NCBI GenBank assembly: GCA_046757165.1
Contig: JBHHXT010000043.1
Location: 1-29,723, forward strand
Length of the DNA stretch: 29,723 nucleotides
Direction: 5' to 3'
DNA from: a bacterium
Lineage (GTDB): Bacteria > Zhuqueibacterota > Zhuqueibacteria > Oceanimicrobiales > Oceanimicrobiaceae
In this document: piece after piece, positions 1 to 7,959 of the stretch
Numbering within the stretch: the first letter of the stretch is position 1
Layout of the letters: every line of letters begins with the position of its first letter
The notes under the pieces: model-generated
Told to the model about the DNA's origin: nothing
The model's input: the letters and a program-made list of their open reading frames with translations, nothing else
Databases searched by the model: none
Program-made: the position numbers and the translations under genes

Positions 1-128
1 CACGGATCTGATTTTGGGTGAAAATCAAGAAATTCATGCGCCATATGATCTCCACTCCACTGACTTCGGCACATTACGTGAATTATGATTGAGTCCAATC
101 CGTTAAATCCGTCTGATCCGTGTTCCAT
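1..128. repeat. Inverted array of ~9-nt units (CACGGAT.../ATCCGT(G/T)), left arm cut by the window edge
   Basis: CACGGATCTGA at 1-11 and GAGTCCAATCCGTTAAATCCGTCTGATCCGTGTTCC at 91-126; a related element lies at ~17031-17160. Confidence 0.65.
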
Positions 129-161
129 TTTTTGCACCCTCCAGCACCAGCCGTTTCATTT

Positions 162-177
162 TGGCATGGGTGTTGCA
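162..177 (+). promoter_or_regulatory. Candidate sigma-54 (-24/-12) promoter
   Basis: TGGCATGGGTGTTGCA fits TGGCAC-N5-TTGC, with GG at 163-164 and GC at 175-176, ~50 nt upstream of the first gene. Confidence 0.6.
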
Positions 178-225
178 ATTCGGAGGGCCAACCCATTCAA
201 TTGACACTAACTTCAAAGGTGTTTG

Positions 226-1080
226 ATGCGATTCAAAGAAGTGCTCGTGCTGCTCGTTTACGCTGCCGGTTTTTCTGCATGTGACACAATCAGCATTTTT
301 GACAGCGGCGATTCGACCCGTGAGACCTCAAGTGCGTCGGCGGACAGCGTGATGCTGCGCGTTGAGATCAGTGGTGGCATTGCGGGTGTCCAGCAAGAAC
401 TGCTGGTGCACGACTCCGGCGCTGCGGTTTTTGAGGATAGCTTCCGGCCGGGAACGCGCTGGACCAGGCAGCTTTCGGTAGATGAACTCGCGCGCCTGAA
501 GATGCTGATGCAACAAAGCGGCTTTTTTGATCTGGACAGCGCCTACGTAAACCATCAGGTTGCGGACGCGTTTATTTACACCATCTTCTACCGGGATAAC
601 GAAAAGAGCCATACGGTGGTGACCGATGACGTGAGCGCCCCGGCAAATCTGCACAACATCGTTGCTGGCCTGGTACAAGTGGTCGAGGCCACGCGCAACA
701 ACGGCCTGGATTTATCTTTGCGCCTCAGTCGCTCTGAAATGCGCAGCGGCGAAAGTGTTGAGATGACGTTGCTCGTGACCAACAAATCCGAGGCCCCCCT
801 CACGCTCAGGTTCCGGGACGGGCAGATTTTCGATTTCAGCGCCATCGTCGCTCCCCCCGCAGCAGAGCAGGTGGTTTGGAACTGGGCACACGACAAGGTT
901 TTCACCGAAGCCCTCTGGGAGATGGCGTTGGCTCCGGGTGAAAGAAAGTCTTACGCTGTAACCTGGCAGGGGAATGATAACGCTGGCGTGGCGGTCACGG
1001 GCCAGTTTGTCATCAGGGCGGACCTGGTCTCTGTGCCAGGCGGCTCGCCGGAGCAGAAAGGGCTGGTCATTGGCGAGTGA
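226..1080 (+). CDS. Lipoprotein with N-terminal emfourin (protealysin inhibitor)-like domain and C-terminal BsuPI (intracellular proteinase inhibitor)-like domain
   Basis: Signal peptide with lipobox FSAC; SGGIAG...ADAFIYTI pattern resembles emfourin-like proteins; VTNKSEAPLTLRFRDGQIFDF...VWNWAHDKVFTEAL...LAPGE...VTW matches the BsuPI pattern. Confidence 0.65.
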   Translation: MRFKEVLVLLVYAAGFSACDTISIFDSGDSTRETSSASADSVMLRVEISGGIAGVQQELLVHDSGAAVFEDSFRPGTRWTRQLSVDELARLKMLMQQSGFFDLDSAYVNHQVADAFIYTIFYRDNEKSHTVVTDDVSAPANLHNIVAGLVQVVEATRNNGLDLSLRLSRSEMRSGESVEMTLLVTNKSEAPLTLRFRDGQIFDFSAIVAPPAAEQVVWNWAHDKVFTEALWEMALAPGERKSYAVTWQGNDNAGVAVTGQFVIRADLVSVPGGSPEQKGLVIGE

Positions 1081-1140
1081 ACCTGCTTCACAGGAGAAAA
1101 GAAGTCTGCTTAGCCCAGCAGAGCCGCTGCCAAATAATTT

Positions 1141-1170
1141 AGCCACCAATCTACACGAATTGACACGAAT
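1141..1170 (+). repeat. Left arm of a 10-nt-unit repeat (AGCCACCAATCTACACGAATTGACACGAAT)
   Basis: Near reverse complement of 3722-3751 and 13265-13294. Confidence 0.7.
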
Positions 1171-1212
1171 AGAATGAGCTGTGAAGGTTTTGAACATCTA
1201 TGGAGAGGACAG

Positions 1213-1644
1213 ATGAGATGGACAGGTTTTGGCTTTGCTTTGTTTTTACTATCCATGTTAGGCGGCGCGTGTGATGAGCGCAGGGTCCTTGACTTCAAGG
1301 ACAGTCAGGAGGCGGCAGCGCTGCAGATTAGCCACTACGAATTCGAGCAGAGAGTGCTCTGCTTCTGCGCACCCCCTGCGGGCCAGTTTCACAAGCTGAC
1401 GGTGAGCGATGACCGGCTCGTCCTGGTCGATGACAGGGAGCCAACGGAGGCCGAGGTGCACACCTTCAAGACGATTTCGCAGTTGTTCGAGTTTGTCGAA
1501 TCGATCGACCCGGATAGTGTGGCGGTCCTTCGTGTCGAATATGATGAAACGTACGGCTTTCCAAGCGACATCTACGTTGATTATGACAGCCGAATCGTGG
1601 ATGAAGAAATCAGATATGAGAGCAAGAATTTCAAGGAGCTGTGA
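1213..1644 (+). CDS. DUF6174-like lipoprotein
   Basis: GAGAGGA RBS before ATG 1213; lipobox-like LGGAC; motifs YEFEQRVLCFC, TISQLF, VEYDETYGFPSDIYVD, DEE. Confidence 0.7.
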   Translation: MRWTGFGFALFLLSMLGGACDERRVLDFKDSQEAAALQISHYEFEQRVLCFCAPPAGQFHKLTVSDDRLVLVDDREPTEAEVHTFKTISQLFEFVESIDPDSVAVLRVEYDETYGFPSDIYVDYDSRIVDEEIRYESKNFKEL

Positions 1645-1662
1645 GGCGCCTTCGCCCCGAAG

Positions 1663-1822
1663 AAAATCCGAATATCCAAATCCGAAATCCGAACCCAATA
1701 CGAATGCTCAAAGACAGAATTCAAAAGGATTTTGAACATCGGTCAGGCGCCCGGATGATTCGAATTTCGCGTTTAGAATTTATTTCGGATATTTCGGATT
1801 TCGATATTCGAGTTTAGAATTT
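1663..1822. repeat. Inverted heptamer array (AAATCCG)n ... (TTTCGGA)n
   Basis: AAATCCGAATATCCAAATCCGAAATCCGAA on the left; TTTCGGATATTTCGGATTTCGATATTCGAGTTTAGAATTT on the right. Confidence 0.75.
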
Positions 1823-1908
1823 AGGTGCCTCGTGGCGTCTTTGTGTGAGACTTTCAGCACAACGTCAATAAACTTTGGACACCACCACCAATTTGTCAGG
1901 AGGGAAAA

Positions 1909-2508
1909 ATGGTTCTGAAACGTTTAATTGTTTTCACGGCCCTGCTCATGTTGCCGGCTCAGGGCTTCGCACAAAACGGCGGGCGCTGGCAGGTGATGGC
2001 AGTCGGCGGCGTTTTCTCACCCGCGGAGGACGAAATTCAGAACATCTACGGCGATGGCGTCGCCGGGGAGTTCGCCCTGGCGCTGCCGCTGGGGGCCAGC
2101 GGCCGGCTGAAACTCGGCCTCGACCGCTTCCAGCGTGACGGCGACCCGTTTTACAAAGCGGACGACTTCAACGCCGGCAACGCCGCCGACCTCTCCTTGA
2201 CCGGCATCTCGCTTGCGCTGCAGTCCCATGCTTTGACGCGAAGCTTTCCCCGGCTTTATTTCGGGGCCGGTATCGATTATGTTTTTGGCAGGGAGGAGAT
2301 CGCCGGGCAAAAGGCAAGCACCGGAGGGGCCATCGGGGCGCATGTTGCCGTCATGCCTGAGATTCGCCTCAACAGCCGGCTTTCGCTGCTCGCCGAGGCA
2401 CGCTACCGCTTTCTGGAAATGACCTTCAAAAACGGCCGGGACCGCTACCGGTTTGACCTTTCGGGCGCCAGCCTGCTTTTGGGTCTGGGCTATAGGTTTG
2501 GTCAATGA
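1909..2508 (+). CDS. Small outer-membrane beta-barrel protein
   Basis: AGGAGG RBS, Sec signal peptide (AFA/GFAQ), alternating amphipathic strands (LYFGAGIDY, LLAEARYRF), C-terminal LGLGYRF beta-signal. Confidence 0.75.
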   Translation: MVLKRLIVFTALLMLPAQGFAQNGGRWQVMAVGGVFSPAEDEIQNIYGDGVAGEFALALPLGASGRLKLGLDRFQRDGDPFYKADDFNAGNAADLSLTGISLALQSHALTRSFPRLYFGAGIDYVFGREEIAGQKASTGGAIGAHVAVMPEIRLNSRLSLLAEARYRFLEMTFKNGRDRYRFDLSGASLLLGLGYRFGQ

Positions 2509-2530
2509 GTCTGAGGCGGCGAAGTCGTAG

Positions 2531-2568
2531 AATGAAAAAATCAAACATGAAAATGGAAAATGACAAAT
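2531..2568 (+). repeat. Degenerate heptamer run (AAATG(A/G)(A/C)), single arm
   Basis: AATGAAA AAATCAA ACATGAA AATGGAA AATGACA AATG just upstream of the RBS of the next gene. Confidence 0.45.
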
Positions 2569-2587
2569 GAGATCGGAGGATTTGACC

Positions 2588-3640
2588 ATGAACAGGCTTA
2601 TCACCATCCTTGCCCTCTGGAGTGCGCTCTTTTTGATGGTCGCGGTTGACTATGACAGCGGGGAAAGCTACTGCGTCCTCTTCCCGCAAAACGGGCGGGA
2701 TATTTTCGGCGTGGCACAGCGAACCATTTTGGTCGTGGGCGATGACGAGGTCGCGCTTATCCCGCAAGTGCATTTCGAGGGCGATGCGCGCGATTTTGGC
2801 ATTCTGGTGCCGGTACCGGCAGAGCCGAGATTATCCATGGTTGGGGCCAACATTTTCAGCGAAGCAAGCTTCATGACCCAGCCGCTGGTCAGACAAAGCA
2901 GCTCCGGGTGTGGCTGCGATGATGACAATATAGCAGGCTCGAGGTTCATCCTTAATGCAGCCGATGATCGCTCCCTGGTGACGGAGGATGAAAGCGGGGT
3001 GACGGTCATCTATGAGGACATCGTCGGCATGTTTCAGGCCGCCGTCCTGCAAGCCACCAACGCGCAGGACTTGACGGAGTGGCTCAATACGAACGGATAC
3101 TGGTTCAACCCGGATGACACCGAGATTCTCGACGGCTATGTGGCAGACGACTGGTTCTTTGTCGCCATGAAGTTCGACACCACGCAGGTGCCGCAGAACA
3201 TCGACCGGTGGTGGAACGCGACCACCTCGCCGGCGAAAATCACCTTTGACTACTCGCAAAGCTCTCTGACCTATCCCCTGAAGATTTCAGCGATCAGCAC
3301 CAACGAGCGTACCGAAGTGTTGGTTTATACCATCAGCAAAAACCCGATGCGTTTCCCCGGCGCCGAGGTAGAATATGCGAACCAATTCGACGTGGAGGAA
3401 GTCGAGGCGGCTTCGTTTCAGTACCCAACGCTCGCCAGCTTCATCGCACCCGGCGCCTTCGTCACCAAGCTGCGCCGGACTTTTGCCAAATCCGAGATGC
3501 AGGCCGACATTCAGATCTCGGTAACCGATGACAGACGGGAATTCAGGGATATTTTGTATGTCAACAATGGCAGCATGGGCGTCTGGGGCGCGCTGCTGTT
3601 CGCCGTGGCGATTTATTGCCGGCGCAGGAAAACGGCATGA
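2588..3640 (+). CDS. DUF2330-like exported protein with C-terminal TM helix and basic tail
   Basis: GGAGGA RBS; signal peptide; motifs FEGDARDFGILVPVP, LTEWLNTNGY, WFFVAMK, YPLKIS, VTKLR; tail NNGSMGVWGALLFAVAIYCRRRK. Confidence 0.75.
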   Translation: MNRLITILALWSALFLMVAVDYDSGESYCVLFPQNGRDIFGVAQRTILVVGDDEVALIPQVHFEGDARDFGILVPVPAEPRLSMVGANIFSEASFMTQPLVRQSSSGCGCDDDNIAGSRFILNAADDRSLVTEDESGVTVIYEDIVGMFQAAVLQATNAQDLTEWLNTNGYWFNPDDTEILDGYVADDWFFVAMKFDTTQVPQNIDRWWNATTSPAKITFDYSQSSLTYPLKISAISTNERTEVLVYTISKNPMRFPGAEVEYANQFDVEEVEAASFQYPTLASFIAPGAFVTKLRRTFAKSEMQADIQISVTDDRREFRDILYVNNGSMGVWGALLFAVAIYCRRRKTA

Positions 3641-3721
3641 ACGCCTGACAAGAAATCGAGCCTGAAGATGTCGAGTCACTTGCGGCTCACTCATCGCTTA
3701 TTCGTAACCGTTCACTTGTTT

Positions 3722-3751
3722 ATTCGGGCCAATTCGTGTTAATTCGTGGCT
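3722..3751 (-). repeat. Right arm of the 10-nt-unit repeat (ATTCGGGCCAATTCGTGTTAATTCGTGGCT)
   Basis: Inverted relative to 1141-1170; almost identical to 13265-13294. Confidence 0.7.
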
Positions 3752-3790
3752 CAATAGATTATGGAGTCCCAACCTAAAGGAGATTCGAAC

Positions 3791-5008
3791 ATGAAACCCA
3801 TGATGATGGCCTTGATAGCTGTTGCCCATTTGCTGCTTCTGTCATGCAGCAGCAATCCTGTTTCTCCGGTGCATCGCGAGCTGACGGAGCTCGAAAAAAG
3901 GCTGGTGCAGTCCGACAACACGTTTGGCTTCGAGCTGTTCAGAGAAATCAACCGGACCGAGCCGGGCAAGAACATCTTCATTTCTCCGCTCAGTGTCTCC
4001 ATGGCGCTCGGCATGACTCTAAACGGGGCTGCAGGCGAAACCCGGCAAGCGATGGTAGACCTCCTGGGGTTTGACGGCTTGAGCGAAGAGGAAATCAACC
4101 AGACGTACAAGAGCCTGCTCGACCTGTTGATTCAACTCGATCCCACAGTCGTCTTTCAGATCGCGAACTCCATCTGGTATGATCAGGCGTTTGTCTTTGA
4201 ACAGCCGTTTATCGACCGCAACCGGCAGTTCTTTGACGCGGAAATACAGGGGCTGGATTTCAGGGACCCGGCAGCGGTTGACATCATCAACGGGTGGGTG
4301 AGCCAGCACACAGCCGGCAAAATCGAAAAGATCATCGAGCAGATCGATCCGGAGGTTATCATGTTTCTGCTCAACGCCATCTATTTCAAAGGTGGCTGGA
4401 CAACAGAATTTGACCCCGAAAACACACAAAATGATCTCTTCAATCTGCCGGACGGGAGCCAAAAGTCCATCGAAATGATGAACCGGTCAGACACCCTGCA
4501 GTACTTCGAAAGCGATCTCTTTCAGGCGGTGGATTTGCCCTATGGTGAAGAGGCGTTCAGCATGACCTTGCTGCTGCCCAAACCCGGGGTCGCCATCGAC
4601 TCGCTGATCTCGAATTTCTCGACCAGGAATTGGGCTGACTGGAGCGCGAGCTTCAGCACACAAAATGTCATTCTCGGGCTGCCGAAGTTCAAACTGGAAT
4701 GTGAGATGAGCCTGAACCAGGTGCTGTCCACGCTGGGCATGTCCGTGGCATTCATCCCGCACCAGGCCGATTTCAGCAAAATGTACACCGGCCGCGATGA
4801 TCTGTACATCGACGAGGTGAAACATAAAACCTTCATCGAAGTGAATGAAGAAGGCACGGAAGCCGCGGCCGTGACCTCGGTCGGCATCGGGGTCACCTCC
4901 GTCCCGTTGAGCGTCACGATGCGACTCGACCGCCCCTTTGTGTTCATGATACACGAGCACCAGTCACAGACCATCCTCTTCGTCGGCAAACTCGTCGATC
5001 CGCAATAA
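3791..5008 (+). CDS. Serpin (serine protease inhibitor) lipoprotein
   Basis: AAGGAG RBS; lipobox LLSC; serpin motifs NIFISPLS, NAIYFKG, hinge EEGTEAAAVT, DRPFVFMI, ILFVGKL. Confidence 0.95.
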   Translation: MKPMMMALIAVAHLLLLSCSSNPVSPVHRELTELEKRLVQSDNTFGFELFREINRTEPGKNIFISPLSVSMALGMTLNGAAGETRQAMVDLLGFDGLSEEEINQTYKSLLDLLIQLDPTVVFQIANSIWYDQAFVFEQPFIDRNRQFFDAEIQGLDFRDPAAVDIINGWVSQHTAGKIEKIIEQIDPEVIMFLLNAIYFKGGWTTEFDPENTQNDLFNLPDGSQKSIEMMNRSDTLQYFESDLFQAVDLPYGEEAFSMTLLLPKPGVAIDSLISNFSTRNWADWSASFSTQNVILGLPKFKLECEMSLNQVLSTLGMSVAFIPHQADFSKMYTGRDDLYIDEVKHKTFIEVNEEGTEAAAVTSVGIGVTSVPLSVTMRLDRPFVFMIHEHQSQTILFVGKLVDPQ

Positions 5009-5020
5009 AGCGAGATAAAG

Positions 5021-5070
5021 AGGAGTGCAACGCTTTGGCGTTGCATGAAATGCTAAAGCATTTCACTCCT
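5021..5070. repeat. REP-like double hairpin inside an outer stem; possible terminator after the serpin gene
   Basis: AGGAGTG...CACTCCT outer stem enclosing TGCAACGC-TTTG-GCGTTGCA and TGAAATGC-TAAA-GCATTTCA. Confidence 0.65.
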
Positions 5071-5139
5071 TACGTGTTGGCCCTTGTTAGGCAAGATTCA
5101 TGAATTATCGAGGTAAAACAATAAAACAGGTCAAGTTCG

Positions 5140-5472
5140 ATGAAATCCTTGCTTTCCCTTCTCTCCCTCTGGCCCCTCTTTTTCCTGGCCTGCGAAAATC
5201 CCGTGCAGCCAACCGACCCACCAGCCCGAGCCGCGCAGTCACACAGCGGTGATTTGGGAGTGACGTTTTTTCTGGCGGACTCGAGCGGCAACGAGCAAAC
5301 CACATTTGGCTTCCGGCAGGACATCTCTTTTCATTACGCCATTGCCAACGAAAGCGGTCAGAGGCTTCCGTATACCGTACCCGACACCGGCCCGATTGTG
5401 CTGAATGTGCATGAATATCCTGAGCACCCTCCGGCAAGGATTCTTCAGGCGAAGTACTGTTTTGGCGGGTAA
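5140..5472 (+). pseudogene. Short, probably truncated lipoprotein gene
   Basis: Lipobox FLAC then ENPVQP; ISFHYAIANESGQRLPYT resembles the start of an Ig-like/BsuPI-like domain, but the ORF ends as AT-rich sequence begins. Confidence 0.45.
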
Positions 5473-5584
5473 CAATTCAGGTAGATAGGCGTTCACTATC
5501 TTAATCCCTATAAACCCGATAGTGAGATACACAGTTAATCGTCTCAAAAGGAAACCCAATAGCCTACAAGATAGAAACTTACCC

Positions 5585-5675
5585 ATACCTACTGATAGGG
5601 AAACCGAGATTCTTAAATATCTTTGGATTGAAAAGGAAGCAACTTCGAGGGAGATTTATATCAAAACAATCATCG
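5585..5675 (+). pseudogene. Fragment of a BlaI/MecI/CopY-like winged-helix domain
   Basis: PTDRETEILKYLWIEKEATSREIY within ORF 5522-5800; the flanks do not continue the family pattern; AT-rich. Confidence 0.45.
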
Positions 5676-5796
5676 AAAACACCTGGAAGAGAAATTATAT
5701 CGTTTGTTTGAGAGGAACCAACCCGTATTTTGATTGTCTGCACTGCCGCCCTCAAATTCATCGCCTTCTGACAATTTTTCAGGACGGAGAACAATT

Positions 5797-6060
5797 TTAA
5801 CAATGGCAACATATCATTTGCTTCAGCCGACCGATAGCGTCTGCTTTTTGAGCAACTTTCGTGGTTTTTTCAAAGTTCATTTCCATTAGGCAGAACACGC
5901 CAGCGATGATCGCCGCGGCAATTGCGAGGGCTGCGCCAAATTCACCGGTGATGACCTTGGTGGTGCCAGTGTCTGTAGTCATTCGGTCAAACACGCCCTG
6001 AATGTAAAGGTTGTGACTGGCATGCAAAAACATCGCGGTCCAGACGCTGCCCCTGGTATT
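5797..6060 (-). pseudogene. C-terminal fragment of a CPBP (CAAX/Abi) intramembrane metalloprotease
   Basis: GSVWTAMFLHASHN (HxxxN motif) followed by GEFG and a TM helix; an in-frame stop lies just upstream and the EExxxR motif is absent. Confidence 0.6.
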
Positions 6061-6145
6061 TTAGCCCACATTTTAGATTAAGAAACCGTAAGATCGGACG
6101 CAAGCAGAAACGGGCCTGTTGAAAAGAAGTGTTGTTCACAAATCA

Positions 6146-6200
6146 AAATTTAGGAAAGTCAAAAAAAATAGTTGTATTTGACTAATTTATTTATTAAGTT
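6146..6200 (+). promoter_or_regulatory. AT-rich promoter region with a possible DtxR/MntR operator
   Basis: TTTTAGGAAAGTCAAAAA is a partial match to TTAGG-N-CCTAA type boxes; TTGTAT-N17-TAAGTT at 6172-6200. Confidence 0.35.
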
Positions 6201-6229
6201 CGCTAAAACCAAGTTGAAAGGGAATCTGA

Positions 6230-6883
6230 ATGATAACACAGGCCATTCAGGATTATTTGAAGGTCATCTACAAGCTGGGGCGGGACGACAACCCGGTCAA
6301 CACGAATGCCATTGCCGACCGGATGGAGGTGTCACAAGCTTCTGTCACCGGGATGGTCAAGAAGCTATCGGAGCTGAAGCTGATCCGGTATAAGCCTTAC
6401 TATGGCGTCGAGCTCACGCAAGCGGGTCGCAAGATCGCGCTGGAGACGATTCGGCACCACAGGCTTCTGGAGCTCTATTTGGCGCAGGCGCTCGGCTACT
6501 CGTGGGACCGGGTGCATGAAGAGGCGGAGAAGCTCGAGCACCATATCTCGGAGGAGTTTGAGGACAGGATGGCTGAATTTCTCGGCGATCCGGCATTTGA
6601 CCCACATGGCGCACCCATTCCAAGCAAGGATGGCAAGATCGTCGAGCGTGAGCTTGTGCTGCTGACCAGCGCTGACGTCGGTCAAACCGTCAAGGTGAAG
6701 CAGGTGAGCGATGGTGACCCGGAAATGTTGCGCTATCTGGCGGCAATCGGCATTCTCCCTGGAATCGAGCTGGACATCCTGGAGAAAGCGCCATTTGGGG
6801 GGCCACTGCATGTCCGCATCGGTGAGGCGGAGCATCATTTAGGGGAAGGATTAACGAGTCAGATTTATATTTCGACGCTGTGA
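6230..6883 (+). CDS. mntR: DtxR/MntR-family metal-dependent repressor with C-terminal FeoA/SH3-like domain
   Basis: QDYLK, SVTGMVKKL, RHHRLLELYL, EAEKLEH, DPHGAPIP, PFGGP motifs. Confidence 0.9.
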   Translation: MITQAIQDYLKVIYKLGRDDNPVNTNAIADRMEVSQASVTGMVKKLSELKLIRYKPYYGVELTQAGRKIALETIRHHRLLELYLAQALGYSWDRVHEEAEKLEHHISEEFEDRMAEFLGDPAFDPHGAPIPSKDGKIVERELVLLTSADVGQTVKVKQVSDGDPEMLRYLAAIGILPGIELDILEKAPFGGPLHVRIGEAEHHLGEGLTSQIYISTL

Positions 6884-6893
6884 TTTGCGCGCA

Positions 6894-7958
6894 ATGGCAG
6901 AGGAAGCCATATCCCTGGAGGTGATTGAATTGGCACATCCTTTTGTTTTTCTTTTGATAGCAGCCTTGACAGGTGGCATTTTCCTGCGGCTTTTTTGGAC
7001 GGATAGAGGTTTGTTTTGGAGATGGAAGCGCGGGCTGGCGAGCACACGGCGGGTGTTGATGGAGGATGCTTTGAAGCATCTTTATGACCAGGAATATCAT
7101 GGGATTATCTGTACCTTACAAAGCCTTGCAGGCGCGTTGGCCATCGCCGGCGACGAAGCCGCGAATCTGATGGTGCGATTGCAGTCTCTGGGCCTGGTCA
7201 AAGCTCAGCATGACGGCTTCGAGCTCACGCTGGAAGGCCGGAAAGAGGCGCTCCGCATGATCCGTATCCACCGTTTGTGGGAAAAGTATCTGGCCGATGA
7301 AACCGGACTTGCAGAAACCGAGTGGCACAAGCGGGCGGAGAAACTGGAGCACGGCACGACGGAAGAGGAAATCCGGGCGCTTGCGGCCTCCACGGGCAAT
7401 CCTACCTACGACCCCCACGGCGATCCCATTCCGACGGCCTCTGGCAAACTCCCGCCAAAGAAAGGAGAGCCTCTCACGGACCTGGATCCTGACGACATGG
7501 CGCGTATCATTCACATCGAAGACGAGCCCGCCACGGTCTACGCACAATTGGTGGCCGAAGGTCTGTATCCGGGCATGATGATTCGGATGCTGGAGAAATC
7601 GCCGCGGCGGTTGCAGTTTATCGCCGATGGTGAAGAAATCATTCTGGCTCCCGTGGTCGCAGCCAATTTGACCGTGGAACGTCTCCCCGGAGGCGAGAAA
7701 ATGCGGGGCCCGTTCGACACGCTCCTTTCGCTGCATGTGGGAGAAAAAGGAGAAGTCATCTCACTCTCGGCCAACTGCCGTGGTCAGCAGCGGCGGAGAA
7801 TGATGGACCTGGGCATCCTTCCCGGTACGATTATCTCGATGGAAATGCACAGCGCCAGCGGTGACCCGACCGCCTACAATATTCGTGGCGCCACAATTGC
7901 GCTCAGAAAAAGTCAAGCGGAAATGGTCCACATCAAGCGGATCAAGGAGGCAGCCTAG
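6894..7958 (+). CDS. Membrane-anchored DtxR-like protein with two FeoA domains (start uncertain)
   Basis: N-terminal hydrophobic helix ([16 protein letters not shown]), [26 protein letters not shown], then two FeoA-like units ([20 protein letters not shown]...[17 protein letters not shown]). Confidence 0.85.
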   Translation: MAEEAISLEVIELAHPFVFLLIAALTGGIFLRLFWTDRGLFWRWKRGLASTRRVLMEDALKHLYDQEYHGIICTLQSLAGALAIAGDEAANLMVRLQSLGLVKAQHDGFELTLEGRKEALRMIRIHRLWEKYLADETGLAETEWHKRAEKLEHGTTEEEIRALAASTGNPTYDPHGDPIPTASGKLPPKKGEPLTDLDPDDMARIIHIEDEPATVYAQLVAEGLYPGMMIRMLEKSPRRLQFIADGEEIILAPVVAANLTVERLPGGEKMRGPFDTLLSLHVGEKGEVISLSANCRGQQRRRMMDLGILPGTIISMEMHSASGDPTAYNIRGATIALRKSQAEMVHIKRIKEAA

Positions 7959-7959
7959 G

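Noticed and set aside
7861..7959. FeoB start at GTG 7861
   Set aside because: Overlaps the conserved FeoA domain of the upstream gene; ATG 7960 follows its stop directly
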